Shown here in pieces: positions 11,311 through 24,589 of a stretch of 64,000 nucleotides of DNA. A program made the position numbers and the translations under genes. Within the stretch, counting starts at the first letter, position 1; the number at the start of each line of letters is the position of its first letter. This DNA comes from Octopus bimaculoides (lineage: Eukaryota): NCBI RefSeq assembly GCF_001194135.2, contig NC_068982.1, positions 46,660,320 through 46,724,319 on the forward strand, in the 5' to 3' direction. The notes beneath the pieces are model-generated. The model worked only from the letters and a program-made list of their open reading frames with translations, had not been told where the DNA came from and did not search any database.

Positions 11311-12404
11311 TACAATGATTATAATGTAAGTTTATCTATATATATGTAACTGAAATTACAAACAACCATTTGGATCAATCTAAAATGATAGTAAAATTAA
11401 GATTTTTATATAGGCTTAAAAACATGTTGCGTTATTCTTCAGTTTGAACATCGTCACCATCATCTCTCAACAGTTCTTAATCACTCTAATAATGCTGAAA
11501 ACCTCTTTTCCAACTTGTATTCATCATTAAGATTAGATTCACTCTTTCATCACTTCCACTTGCTAGTCTTACCTTCTTTGTCATTTAAATATTGTTACAG
11601 CATTTATTGCATGAAAAGGATGAAGAAACATTGTTCATGTACAGCAAGGAGAACAAACCATATTTCCTTCAAATGTTACTATTTTATAATTTTTGTGTTT
11701 TCTTATAAATATTTAGGAGCTTTTATTCTTTGAGAGGGTCATAATACGAATAAATACATGCATTGTGTGTAGTTCACTTCCGTTTTTATTTTACTGTTGA
11801 TTAATTTCTCAGAAATTGTTCATCACACTAATGTAACTTTTTCAATGAATTTAGATTCTACAATTTATTTTCTTGTGCATATTATGCAGCCAAGCTTCGT
11901 CTCTATGTTGTCAAGCATCTGTATTTTATTTTCATTGCATCTTTATAATTTTTATTTTTATTTGTCCGTTTTTTTTTTTTTTTTGGTTTTTGTAGATCCC
12001 ACAAGAAGAATTTATGTGAGTGCATGTGCATGAGTGTGTGTGTGTGTGTGGGGGGAGGTAACTGAATTTTGTCGGGTTTAATTCCACTTTATACTCATTC
12101 TTCCATTACAATGGTGATGGCAGTAGTCAATGCTATTGGTGTGTTGTAACTCTACTGATCCCTTCTATTGAGGATGTGTGCTGAATCAGAAACTATATCC
12201 TCTGTAACCTATTATAGAATCAGGTCTTTTGGGTGTATGGTAAGAGTTACATTTCTGCATTGTTTATTGACCCATTGTTTTTCTGTATGACGATGTTGGT
12301 AAAGATATTTTTTTGTTCATCATATTCACTCCAGTGTTCCCTAATTCTTTAACTTATACTTAGGCTATTTCTCCAATATGGATTGTTGTAGTGGTTTGAA
12401 TAAC

Positions 12405-12652
12405 AGAACATCTAGCTATGTCAAGGAAAGGAGAGAAGCTACTGATTTAGAACAAGGGGAATAGAAAGGAAATTGGAAAAGAGTGCCCAGTAGAACTGTT
12501 ACAACAGGTTTGCCTCCTTGGCACGGCCAGAATAATCGGGAAAGTATTAGATAGCTGAAAAGAATGGATAGCATGATACTGTAGGCTGCAGGTAACAAGC
12601 CCACAATGTATGTAAGAGTCCAGGAGCTCCAACAAAACATGTGATAAAGAGA

Positions 12653-12705
<53 letters not shown>
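12405..12705 (+). mobile_element. 3' end of an R4/Dong-like element
   Basis: Frame PVELLQQVCLLGTARIIGKVLDS* matches the REL-element C-terminal LLGTA.I.RK.L motif; ends in (TAA)n 12655-12705. Confidence 0.6.
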
Positions 12706-13927
12706 GGGGTCTTATACAGCTAGAAAACTATTATAAAATAACCACCATAGGACTGCAAAAATACCTACTCCAGAAGCAAGGGAAACTAATACAAATAGCC
12801 ACAAAACACGAGCAAAACAAAAAACTGTTTTCAGTATTTAAGGAAGCTGACAAATACAAACAAGAAATCAATCTACCTAACAAATACGAAGAAGAAGAAG
12901 AANNNNNNNNNNNNNNNNNNNNNNNNNNNNNNNNNNNNNNNNNNNNNNNNNNNNNNNNNNNNNNNNNNNNNNNNNNNNNNNNNNNNNNNNNNNNNNNNNN
13001 NNNNNNNNNNNNNNNNNNNNNNNNNNNNNNNNNNNNNNNNNNNNNNNNNNNNNNNNNNNNNNNNNNNNNNNNNNNNNNNNNNNNNNNNNNNNNNNNNNNN
13101 NNNNNNNNNNNNNNNNNNNNNNNNNNNNNNNNNNNNNNNNNNNNNNNNNNNNNNNNNNNNNNNNNNNNNNNNNNNNNNNNNNNNNNNNNNNNNNNNNNNN
13201 NNNNNNNNNNNNNNNNNNNNNNNNNNNNNNNNNNNNNNNNNNNNNNNNNNNNNNNNNNNNNNNNNNNNNNNNNNNNNNNNNNNNNNNNNNNNNNNNNNNN
13301 NNNNNNNNNNNNNNNNNNNNNNNNNNNNNNNNNNNNNNNNNNNNNNNNNNNNNNNNNNNNNNNNNNNNNNNNNNNNNNNNNNNNNNNNNNNNNNNNNNNN
13401 NNNNNNNNNNNNNNNNNNNNNNNNNNNNNNNNNNNNNNNNNNNNNNNNNNNNNNNNNNNNNNNNNNNNNNNNNNNNNNNNNNNNNNNNNNNNNNNNNNNN
13501 NNNNNNNNNNNNNNNNNNNNNNNNNNNNNNNNNNNNNNNNNNNNNNNNNNNNNNNNNNNNNNNNNNNNNNNNNNNNNNNNNNAAATGGAAAAACTTTCAA
13601 AATACAAAGACCTGGAAATAGAGATAACTCGAATGTGGAATCTAAAAACAGAAACAATTCCTATCATAGTAGGTGCCTTAGGTATAATAAAAAAATATTC
13701 AGACAAATACATAACAAAAACACCAGGACTTACAAATATATATAACATACAGAAAATTGCACTACTGGGCACTGCACACATTCTACGCAAAACACTTTCA
13801 ATACAGTAAACATAAGAGCACCACAGCAAACCACAGCACATACCCAAGGCGCACAGAGCTGCGCTCGGTAGTGAAGTGAAAGCACGTTATAAAAATAAAA
13901 CTACTGAATAATAATAATAATAATAAT
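12706..13927 (+). mobile_element. R4/Dong non-LTR retrotransposon, 5'-truncated, spanning a gap
   Basis: GLIQLENYYKITTIGLQKYLL before the gap; MEKLSKYKDLEIEITRMWNLKTETIPIIVGALG...LLGTAHILRKTLSIQ* after it; (TAA)n at both ends. Confidence 0.9.
12903..13582. other. Assembly gap (largest of seven)
   Basis: N runs at 5486-5587, 12903-13582, 19844-19853, 31622-31712, 35417-35758, 43387-43762 and 57368-57377, mostly beside microsatellites. Confidence 1.
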
Positions 13928-14456
13928 GAACTGAACTTCTCACCTAGCTGTAAAAAGATACAATATATACTGGATATTACTGCATTAAGAAGTAGAAATA
14001 CTCGAATGATCATTGAATTCCAGTCTTTATGCTGTTAAAGCCTAAAAAGTTATGGTCACTAATCTATCTATCCAGGTCAGGTAACTTGCTCAAACCAATG
14101 TAACTCTTTCACGCCAGATGTACTGATTGAGTGATGAGGCATGAAAGTTACATTAATCTTTCAGAAGCTAATATCTCATCTGCACATACCATCACTACAG
14201 ATGATAGCAGTAGTTTGCAAACTGAACTGGTTGATCCTGGTCATTGACAGTTTATTGTCTGTTCATCTGCTCAGCATCTTGTGATATTTGCCTTTGATTT
14301 CAATATGATTCATTTGCTGAAACAGTTCACACCCACCATGCTGCATCCCATGATTTCAACATACCCTGGCTCAGGTGGTTACATGCTATTTAATACATAG
14401 TTGGAACCCTGACAAATGAACAACTCTGGATCAGAGCAGAGCTGAGATCAATAGTG

Positions 14457-14672
14457 CAGGCCCATTGCCAAACTTTGGTGCCTAGGGGTGGGTGCTTCAG
14501 AATATTCTGGGTAGGTACTAATTTGTAATAATGCTAAAGCAGAATTTCGAAATAAATGTATCAGTGTAAATCTGAGGGTGTACCATTGAATAGTGAGGGT
14601 GTACCATTGAAATCTGAGGGTGTACCATTAAGGGACAGTGCTGTCCAGTGCTGTCCCTTAGTGACAGGCATG
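14457..14672. mobile_element. hAT-type MITE
   Basis: Perfect 8-bp target-site duplication CAATAGTG (14449-14456, 14673-14680). Decayed TIRs caggcccattgcca / tagtgacaggcatg. Three internal copies of tgagggtgtaccatt. Confidence 0.82.
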
Positions 14673-15005
14673 CAATAGTGACTAAGAATTGGTTCAACAT
14701 TCCTCAAAAGCGTAGAACTTCTGAACCAGGGTCCAACTACTGGATACAGTTTAAGTTGGCCTAATTATGACACATGAAGACAAATTATGCGGGAAAGTTT
14801 CAGCATTCCACTGGATCATTATTAAGTTTATTAATTCCAAATTTCAACCACAGGAGATATTCGTAAAGATCCTGCATTGTAAAACAAATCAAGATGAAAT
14901 TTATGCCAAAAAGCAATTAATTAGACACATTTTTACAAAGGTAATTCTCCAGCAAGACTGCAGTCCAGTGTCTGAAACAAAACAAAAGATAAAAGATATA
15001 CTTAC

Positions 15006-15227
15006 TTGAACAACTAATTGTTTGTCATGTTTCTCATGACTTGGTGAAGTTTCACTGTTCCGATGTATGTTAAGCAGTCGATAGACAATGTTAGCAACAC
15101 CAAGCCCTCGAACAAGAGTGTCGCGTTGGACTAAAGCACTTACTCGAATCAGCTCTTCATCATCACGGATTTCATCAGGTTTAGAACTATCATACCCACC
15201 TTCAAATTTCTCTTCTTTGGTCATAGA
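15006..15227 (-). CDS. TTLL6: TTLL6/TTLL13-like C-terminal-region exon
   Basis: SMTKEEKFEGGYDSSKPDEIRDDEELIRVSALVQRDTLVRGLGVANIVYRLL resembles the TTLL6/13 motif EEEELER.KALLQRETLIRSLGIVEQL. Acceptor attttacag|TCT, donor CAA|gtaagt; 222 nt, phase 0 to 0. Confidence 0.9.
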
Positions 15228-15668
15228 CTGTAAAATAATAATTGCCCAATACATGCCTTGATGGCTTTCTCTTATCAATATTTTAATTCTGGTTAAAACA
15301 ATTCCTTTCTGCATATTTTTTAAACTCTGGAACTCTCTTTCAGAATGTCAACCATAAACCCTTAAATGCTGGACATCATCAATTGATGTTTCGTTAGAGA
15401 ACAGCAAACATCATTAACTGATATCTCAAAAATTTCACATGGAAACAACCATCATCAAAGGGAAGTGAATACTTTATGGGACTTTTCAGTAATGAAATTG
15501 TAAATTTTATTGTGCAAGAGGCAAACAAATATAATAGTTTTTATACTTGTTTAACTTTTAACACACTGCATTTTCTCTAGAATTGTTTTTCCTGACAAAC
15601 TGCCCTGTTACTACTGGGGAGAGAATTCATATGGTGACATAATGCACCTACAGTATGCTAAAGGTTAA

Positions 15669-16095
15669 CCCATTAGTATTTAAACCAGCCATACCTGGCC
15701 CAGATATCCTCCCTGTTTTATGTTCAAACTGGCCAGATCTGGCCTTTCAGGCTTACCCTGCAATGTCTTGCTAAAAATACTTTCCACTATAGGCACAAGG
15801 CCTGAATTTTTGGTGGAGGGGGCTAATCAATCACATCGACCCAGTGCTCCACTGGTACTTATTTAATCAATCCTGAAAGAATGAAAGGCAGGGTCAGCCA
15901 TGGCGGAATTTGAACTCAGAATGTAAAGACAGACGAAATGCCACTAAGCATTTTGTCCAGAGTGCTAATGAGTTTGCCAGCTCGCCACCTTAAAAGAATA
16001 ATTGCTGCAAGCATTCTGAAAATAAACATGATTAGTTCAAAACAACGTGAATAAATAAGCATTACATTTAGCAGAGTAATCTGAATGCTAAAGGA
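15669..16095. mobile_element. piggyBac-type MITE interrupted by a family B SINE
   Basis: TTAA|cccattagtattt left end and gtaatctgaatgctaaagg right end; minus-strand SINE at about 15780-16000. Confidence 0.75.
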
Positions 16096-16220
16096 ATAAA
16101 CTAAAAACAAGTATAAAAATAACCCTTAAGAAAAAAAAAATTGTTTTTGTTTTTTGCCCATTTTGTACACATATTCATGCAAGCATTTCTCACCATTTAA
16201 GGTTCAATATATGTGCATTT

Positions 16221-16440
16221 TAAGGTGGCAAGCTTGCAGAAACATTAGCACGCCAGGCAAAATGCTTAGTGGTATTTCATCTGTCTTTACATTATGAGTT
16301 CAAATTCTGTCAAGTTCAACTTTGCCTTTCATCCTTTCAGGGTCAATAAATTAAGTACCAGTTGCATACTGGGGTCGATCTAATCGACTGGACCCCAGCC
16401 CAAAAATTTCGGGCTTTGTGCCTAGAGTAGAAAAGAATAT
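16221..16440 (+). mobile_element. tRNA-derived SINE, working family B (taaggYggcgagctggcagaa head)
   Basis: Head with gagttcaaattc B-box-like motif and body gtcgactttgcctttcatcctttcggggtcgataaattaagtaccag. Other copies near 1790-1935(-), 15780-16000(-), 17790-18250(-), 27665-27735(+), 29270-29880(+), 35930-36140(+), 41140-41335(-), 46245-46455(+), 51470-51700(+), 60115-60330(+), 63380-63900(-). Confidence 0.8.
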
Positions 16441-16535
16441 ATGTGCAGTTTAATTGTTTAGTACCCATCACTTTTAAAGCACTGAAAAACTATGGCCTTA
16501 CTCTAAGCATGTCTTAAGTATCCTTTATTCTTTAA

Positions 16536-16757
16536 CCCTTTAGCATTCAGATGTTACTCTGTCAAATGCAATGCTTATTTATTCACATTGTTTTGAATTA
16601 ATCATGTATTATCTCATAGCTTCGAGAGGTCAATGATGTGATTGTTTATTTTCAGAATGATATTGTAGAATAGGTGTGAGATGATGGATGTGGCTAGTCT
16701 CACTATAAAACAGATACAATATTTGGGCTGGATGTGGCCGGTTTAAATACTACAGAG
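16536..16757. mobile_element. piggyBac-type MITE (uninterrupted, ~220 bp)
   Basis: TTAA|ccctttagcattcagat left end, decayed right end tttaaatactacagag; opposite orientation to the 9902 copy. Confidence 0.75.
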
Positions 16758-17469
16758 TAAAGTATGCATAAGCATGTGCTTTAAATGTATTTAAAGTAAA
16801 AGAAAAGTCACATGGGAAATTCACTTAAAAACAATGAATCCAGTTAAAATTTTTCTCAACAAAATTCTCATAAATATATCGAAAAATTCAAATGTATTCA
16901 TGTTCCAGCTTCTAAAAATGAAACTGGAAAATTTTTGTCATGATTTGAGCCACATACATACAATACAAAAGATGTACTAATTTTTCTGTCTGATTTTTCA
17001 CCTGAATCATTTCCTTGATGGTACATTAGTTAGTTTGCAAGATCTGTTTCATAAACAGGGAATTAAGGGAAATTTTACAAGAGTCACACAACCTACAGTT
17101 TTTACTGAGTTAGTTGTATTTCTTTTATAAACTGTAAATGAATAGAACATGCTGATCTGATCCTAAAATAGAATCAGATTTTCAGCTCCTCTTCACTTTA
17201 TTACTCTGTCTTTTAACTCCTTAAATTTACAGTGTGTTTTGTTGTTCTTCTGAATGTACTCAGCTCCAAGCTCCTACCACGAATATATTATCAATGCCTT
17301 ACTTTAACTTCCATTTGCCATGAAAGGTTTTTTTTTTTGTGAAGTAGGTATTTTAAACACTATTTTGAAAGTTGCTGACATCATAAGAATTTATGAGCTT
17401 TTGAGAGAACATGAAACAATTCTTTTATGGAATAGTGTATCTTGAAGCACTTAGGGTAAAGGACAAAGA

Positions 17470-17795
17470 CTCCCTTCAGTCATGAATGACCATGGGATTG
17501 CACCTAGAATGTTATCCTCTGAGGCACAAGTTCAGACAAGGTTGTTTATAGAAGACCAGCAGTCGCCCATGCATACTAGCATCCCCTCTCCACACCACCA
17601 ATGTTATCCAAGGGAGAGACAAAGGCTGATATAGCTTGGTAGCAGTGATGTCACAACTCATTTCAACAGCTGAGCAAACTGGAGCAATGTGGAATAAAGT
17701 ATATTGCTCAAGAAAACAACACACAGCCCAATCCAAAAATCAAACTCAGCACCTCATGATTGTGAGCTCAATGCTTTAACCACTGAGCCATGAAA
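17470..17795 (-). mobile_element. tRNA-derived SINE, working family D
   Basis: Head atggctcagtggttaaagc, core ttcttgagcaa.a.actttatttcac.ttgctccag.tcactcagctg, tail ggtgcaatcccatggtcattcatgac. Other copies 26738-27008(+), 30030-30210(-), 52635-52900(-), 55620-55960(+), 60578-60830(+). Confidence 0.8.
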
Positions 17796-18444
17796 GGTTT
17801 CAAATTTTGGCACAAGGCCAGCAATTTTGGAGGTTGCGTTGAGTTGGTTACATTGACCCCAGTGCTCAGCTGATATTTATTTTATCGACCCTAAAAGGAT
17901 TAAAAGCAAAGTCAACCTTGCCAGAATTTGAACTTAGAACATAAAGATGGACAAAATGCCGTTAAGCATTTTGTCCATCATACTACTCACTCAGCCAGCT
18001 TTTGCCTCCTATGCAAACCCATAAATAATCCTTTCTACTATAAGCTCAAGGCTTGAATTTTTGTGAGAGGGGCTAGTCAGTTCCACTGATCCCAGTGCGT
18101 AACTGGTACTTAGTTCATCAACCTTGAAAGGATGAAAAGCGAAGTTGACCTCAGCAGAATCTGAACTCCTATTGTAAAGATGGACAAAATGCTGCAAAGC
18201 ATTTTGCCTGGCATGCTAATGATTATGCCAGTTGGCTGCCTTGAAACCCATTAATAACAACATGGAAATATTGGGTTGTAAACATGTCTCTCAAACAGCC
18301 TTGGACTTTTGCTATCCAAACAGGATTTTTCAACCCAATGGGGCTTTATGTACTTCAAGATTCACTATTATATAAGCTTATGTGCTGCAGACAAATTGTT
18401 TGTTTTGCCTTTTTACTTACTATCTTTTATCTTTTAATATTTAC

Positions 18445-18865
18445 TTGTTTCAGTCAGTAGACTGTAGCCATGCTGAGGCACCGCCTTCAATTTTAGTCGA
18501 ATGAATTGACCCCAGTACTTATTTTTTTTTAAAGTCGGGTACTTACTCTATCAGTCCCTTTTGTTGAACTGTTAAGTTATGGGGATGTAAACACACCAAC
18601 ACCAGTTGTCAAGTGGTGTTGGGGGTCGTGGCAGACAAACACAGACATAAAGAGACTCATACATAGACACACACACACACACACACACAAAACACATATA
18701 CACACAATGAGCTTCTTTCAGTTTCCGTTTACCAAATCCACTCACAAGGCTTTGGTCAGCCCGAGGCTATAGTAGAAGACACTTTCCCAAGGTGACACAC
18801 AGTGGGACTGAATCCAGAATCATGTGGTTGGGAAGCAAGCTTCTTACCACACAGCCACACCTGCA
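18445..18865 (-). mobile_element. tRNA-derived SINE, working family A, near full length
   Basis: A-box-like tggctgtgtggtaag, B-box-like ggattcagtccc, core caccttgggaaagtgtcttctactatagcc, internal (TG/TA)n, tail cagcatggct.cagtc.actgactgaaacaagtaaa. Other copies near 745-1080, 5310-5460, 25657-25820, 27850-28220(-), 36880-37040(-), 39455-39620, 53408-53580. Confidence 0.85.
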
Positions 18866-18942
18866 CCTCTATTAGATATGAATAAATTCATAACAATATT
18901 CCAAATAACAGAATGACACTTTTGGTTCCTTAAACTGCCTAC

Positions 18943-19123
18943 CTTTCTTTTATGGAGTGCACATATCTTCCTTCTGTTAGCATTTGGTCCAGTGTGTTTT
19001 TTTGACTGTTTCTTGGGCATAGGACTTTCCGGACGCAAGTTTAGATTGGTATCCTTCTTTTTAATTTTCGATATAAACTCATTGTTTTCATTCTGTTTTT
19101 TTAAAAGATCTTCTCTTTGCTGC
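18943..19123 (-). CDS. TTLL6: TTLL6/TTLL13-like exon (basic linker)
   Basis: QQREDLLKKQNENNEFISKIKKKDTNLNLRPESPMPKKQSKKHTGPNANRRKICALHKRK. Acceptor gtgatttcag|G, donor AAG|gtaggc; 181 nt, phase 2 to 0, joining both neighbours in frame (ELVR|QQRE). Confidence 0.85.
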
Positions 19124-19801
19124 CTGAAATCACCAAAAATAACAGAAGAAATGAAAGATGGTTTTCTAATTCGGATTTCAAACTATATCTTTCAGTTTGA
19201 AAATGACTATGTTAACAAACTGAAAAACATGAAAAAAAAAAAAAAATCTTTAACAAGTGAAATATAGTTAACTAACAAAAATGGAATTGAAGACTATAAT
19301 ATCTATTTCTGCTGTTTCCATTAAAAAAAAAAACCATTCATAGAAAAGTTGTAATTAAAAAGTACTGCTGTATGGTAGATCTCAACAAAGGATGAATGGG
19401 TTAAAGATTTTAAAGCACAATTTTGGCTCCTTATAATTATGATTACTGAATCATGCTGTCAGCTCTATATAACTGAACATGTTATCAGCTTTTTGTGTTG
19501 CATGTTATCGGCTTCCCCTGTACGTTGATAAAATGTATATCAGTTAAAATGCAAAGGTAATTAACTAAGAGCATGGTGGCCTGACATACAGCAAAGTGGT
19601 TTGATATAAGATTGTAGCTTTGTAGCAGCTATTGATATACTGTTTTCTAGATCACATTAATAAGATCAAAAGAGAGAAATGAAATGTTAGAAAAACTAAA
19701 ATATACATTAAAATATCGCACAGACTTTCTAATATATACATATACTATGTGTGTGTGTGTGTGTGTATATGTATGTGTGTATATATGTATGTATGGGTAT
19801 T

Positions 19802-19843
<42 letters not shown>

Positions 19844-19853
19844 NNNNNNNNNN

Positions 19854-19889
<36 letters not shown>

Positions 19890-20699
19890 GCACACACACA
19901 CATTACTATTAACTGCTGGGCTAAGTGAAGACCTATAAACAAACTTGCTTCATGGATGATTCAAATTTTTTTTCTGCTATTGAATAATGCTTACTCAGTT
20001 TATGCCAGTATGCTTCTAATAAAAGTATTTAGTGTTATTCTTCTAAATGTGTGAACTAAACACTATAATGTAATTGCAACATTGTATGATGTATTTCCTG
20101 CCAAGAATTACATCATGCCAAATTCTCATCATCTATCAATTTCCAGTTGTTCAAATACAACACCATCATCATCATCATTATCATCATCATCATCATTTAA
20201 AGTCCGTTTTCCAGACTGGCATGAATTGGACGGTTTGACAGGAACTGGTAAGTCAGAAGACTGCACCAAGTTCTGCTATTTCTTTTGGTATGGTTTCTAT
20301 AGCTGGATGCCCTTCCAAATGCCAACCACTTTACAGAGTGTGCCAGGTGCAGTTTATATGGCACCAGCAACAGTGAGGTCACTCAGTAACTTGCAGAACA
20401 AGACCTCTCAATTGGGGGGGGGGGCAGTATTGAGAGACAGAGGTGATATTTTGCATTAGAAGGAAAAATGGAAAGAGAGAGAGAGGGGGGAGAGAGGGGG
20501 GGAGAGAGAGGAGAGAAAGATGGTGTAGATGTGAGAGAGAGGAGGCAGAGGTCGTACACAAAAGTTACAGGGTGGTGTATATAGTGACGTGGACCAAAAC
20601 AAAAAACAAAGTCATTCTATCAGGGTATGTTAATGCAAAACAAAACAACAGAAAGGCAACAATAACTGAAAATGAGTAATCAGAAACCATGGTAGCAGT

Positions 20700-20925
20700 A
20701 ACAGCATCGTACTTCTTTCTCTATGTGTGAAACATAACATAACCAACAACAACAACACCATTTCCAACACCAGGTCCAATGACTAACATCTTATTGACTA
20801 CATCATGGTCAAGTGAGTAGAGGTCAAAGTTATGCTAATCACCTTATTCTAATCACAGTGAGGAAAGCTGAATGCTGGATAGACTATCATAGGATACCAA
20901 CAAATATCAGACTTGTACTTGTTAG
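20700..20925 (+). mobile_element. Decayed LINE apurinic endonuclease fragment (RTE-like)
   Basis: Decayed HLIDYIMV motif of the APE C-terminus, with stops. Confidence 0.4.
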
Positions 20926-23212
20926 ATAATCTGGTTCACTGCATCTCGAGGTCAAATCCTTTTGAGGTCAACTTTGACTTACATTCATTCAGAAAGACAA
21001 TGATCATTGGTAGCTGAGACTTGGTAGACTTCTTGGTGATTGAACAGCATAGCTCTATCTAGAGACCATAATATTTGCCCAGTAGGAGAATTTGGAGTTG
21101 ATCCTTCTTTTTCCTTTTTCTCTCTCTGTAAGAAATTGGTTCTACTCAGACCTGGTGTAGGATGAGCCCCCACCATGTTTAGTTACTGAAGACATCATGC
21201 CATAAAAGAACCCCCTAAGACTCCATTAGGAATTGGGGACTCAGTGACAGAGGAAAGAAATACTAGAAACACAAATTTAGTTTAATCCTCAGTACCTTTG
21301 TTTTTGGAAAGCTTTCGCAATATTTCACAATGTTGTAATTTACTTAAAAAGAACATCACACATTTCTACTGTTAATTCCAAACCATGTCAGTCCTTTCAA
21401 TACATCAACATGTCACATGAGTTCTCTGAGTATTCTCACTCCCCACACAACTCCTTCCCCCACAAAGAAGAATATTTTCACTTTTGAGTTCAGATCTGAC
21501 CAATACATTTTAAATCGAGATCTATAAAACCTTAATTCTATTTGACTGAAACCCATTTCAGGAAATTTGTATCTTAATGATTGTTGTTGCAGACCAATGA
21601 TCCAAGTCAATCCAGCTATGACCATCCTAACCAATTCCTTTCTCAAAGACAGTACAACGTAATCTTAGAAAATCTGGCTATCATTCTCACTAGATCAAAT
21701 GATTATATTGAGGCTTTTTGTACAACAAAGGTAGAACAATTAGCTCTAAATTACGCTAATCTAGTATTTTTTTCTTTACATATTCAGTACTATAAATTGC
21801 AAGAGTTAACTCAGTCAGTAAAGTTGCATATACCTCACTGGTTTTCCTTATCCAGGCAATGTCCAATAATTTATTACCTGTAACAGATTGCCAGTTAGAT
21901 TAAAACAAAAAAAAACAAAAAAAGAAAGAAATGGAATGCCTTGTTTTATGACTAACGACATATCAAATTAAATACCAATTTCCCTTTTATTGTTCACTTC
22001 TATGAATTATCTGCCATGGACCAAGCTTTTATAATTTTGTCACACTGAGGAATTCTTATATGGTTATGGGCCATAAGATCTATAGATGAAAAGAAATTAG
22101 ATTGAGCAACATTTATGTCTCTCTCAGTTGCTTTAAAAATGGAACTGAAGTGAACTGAGTACAGAGGAATAAGGAAACAATGTTTCAGACTTTAGTGCTC
22201 CAGGAATTTACTCCATCAACTATTGTATCTACCATTAATTTGTTCTATGATTCTCTTTTAAGCGTTTTTGTTTGTTATTTTTCTATTCAGTTAGCTTTCA
22301 TTATCATCTCGCAGCACAAAAGCTAATTTGCAATAAACTCTGCTATAATTTCTCCCTGTTAAATGAAGGGCAACATGACATCTGGAAAAAAAAAACACAT
22401 TTAAAAGTGAGTTTTTAAATGCTAGATTTTATAGTGCTAGGAAAAGGAAGACACCAACTCATTTTGTCAGCTTACTGGAAAATTTGAGGTAGCTAACAGT
22501 TATTTGGACATAAGAAGTTTGACTTTGTGCAATAAGATAGCAATGAAATATTAACAAAACTTTAAATGTGACTTCAAAGTAATAAAAAAATTTTTGCTAG
22601 CACAGGATGCTCTAAATGATAATTTATAGCCTCACCTTGCATGTAATATTAAATTATCTCTCAAGCACACTGAATATCAACTATTCATGTACATTAAAAG
22701 ATCTAGCATTAATCTCTTTTGTGTACTCATCAAAAATAATTTTATAACTAAGAGTTAATAGAAAAATGTTAGCCATTCAAAACATCAAAGAGAATTCAGA
22801 CGAAATTAAAAGAAAAGAAACAAAACCCCACCAAAAAAATTAACACACACACACACACACACATCAAGAATGTAAAATTCATAAAAACAATTTCTTTCAT
22901 TTAAGTGTTGCAAAAATGGGAGATAACTGTAGTATGCAATAAATGTTTAGCATATACCTCATTATTGATCAACTTTCAAAAATACAAAATATGTATCATA
23001 TACTTTCACAAAATAAGCACTATATACTTACAACTGATAGAACATCACATTAGTTTTCATTTAAAGACAAATAATAATGCATGTGCCTGGTGTACCCTTA
23101 TCAGATGGGTAGTCATGATGGGTATATTGGGCTTTGTATATTTGTACCCCAGTGTCACTTTGATGACATGTGCTGCTCTCTCACTCAATAATAATAATAA
23201 TAATAATAATAA

Positions 23213-23724
23213 GGTTACGAAAAAGGAGAAAGCAACCATACTCTGGGATATGCCAATACACACAGATAGAGAAATTAAGGCCAATAAGCCAGATATAGTT
23301 GTCAGAGATCATGAAGGAAAAAAATGCCTTCTAATTGATGTTTCAATACCAACAGATGACAACGTTTCTCTAAAAGAAATGGAGAAACTTTCAAAATACA
23401 AAGACCTGGAAATAGAGGTAACTCGAATGTGGATTCTAAAAGCAGAAACAATTCCTATCATAGTAGGCACCTTAGGTATAATAAAAAAATATTCAGATAA
23501 ATACATAACAAAAACACCAGGACTCACAAATATATATAAGATACAGAAAATTGCACTACTGGGCACTGCACACATCCTACGCAAAACACTTTCAATACAG
23601 TAACCATAAGAGCATCACAATAAACCACAGCACATACCAAAAGCACACAGAGCTGCGCTCGGTAGTGAAGTGTAAGCACGTTATAAAAATAAAACTACTG
23701 AATAATAATAATAATAATAATAAT
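23213..23724 (+). mobile_element. R4/Dong non-LTR retrotransposon 3' end (REL endonuclease)
   Basis: Open frame KATILWDMPIHTDREIKANKPDIVVRDHEGKKCLLIDVSIPTDDNVSLKEMEKLSKYKDL...RKTLSIQ* (PD-D-K motif); (TAA)n at 23187-23212 and 23701-23724. Confidence 0.92.
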
Positions 23725-24589
23725 ATTTAAGATTACATAACTTGATAGGGAGTCAATAAAATGATTCAGCATTAACAAGATCATCACTCTTCAAATTAAG
23801 GAATACAACTACTATCAGGTTGTTTTGAAAATAATGGCCAATTTCAGAAACATAATTTTATTCTGGAAAAATTAACAATAGAAATGTTTTGATTAGTCAA
23901 AGTTTGAGCCGTGAACATCTACATATCTCTGCCATCAAAAGTTAAAGAAGTAATTTTAAATTCTCAACCGCAGGATAATGCTAATGATATAGCCTGAACA
24001 GGATAAACTACCCCTATTTTGCAGAAAAAAGTGTAGGTGGCCAGCTATGAGACTCGAACTCACACCTCCGTGGTTATATATTTGAATTTTTTCCTAATGT
24101 TTCAGCTTTATTTTTTCTTCTTGTTACATTGTACTGTTTAGGTATGCACATTTGGAACTTTATATAAAAAAAAAAATCTCTTTAAACTTTAAAATATTAC
24201 ATCTAATAATCATTTACAATGCTAATCACATGAGCAGAAACTAGATAGATGGTAGTCAATAAAAAGTAGCTATAGATCATGTATAGAAAAATGATAATTT
24301 TCAAATAATTCAATAATATGCAAGAAATAAAATTAACTGACATAGAAATAGCTTGATGCGATATCATATTAATCATTTAAAATGTAAAATTAGAGAACTG
24401 ATGAGACACTACTAATTATTTTAACCTTGACTTTAAATCTGATTGAAAATTTTCCTTTGAATGGATGAAAATTTTAACAAGGTACTATATCTAGATGTTG
24501 GATGGGAAGCTAATCATTTGATTTGAAATTCCAGGAAAGAAACAGTAAGATAAATAAAGATAATTGGTTTTGCCTTGAATTGTGAGAGA

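Noticed and set aside
12731-13847. 308- and 324-aa minus-strand ORFs
   Set aside because: Mostly Ns; the flanks are the antisense of a Dong element.
24038-24080. tRNA gene (T-arm gtgagTTCGAGTctcat and 3' CCA on the minus strand)
   Set aside because: Only the 3' third is recognisable, with no D or anticodon arm; at most a tRNA or SINE fragment.
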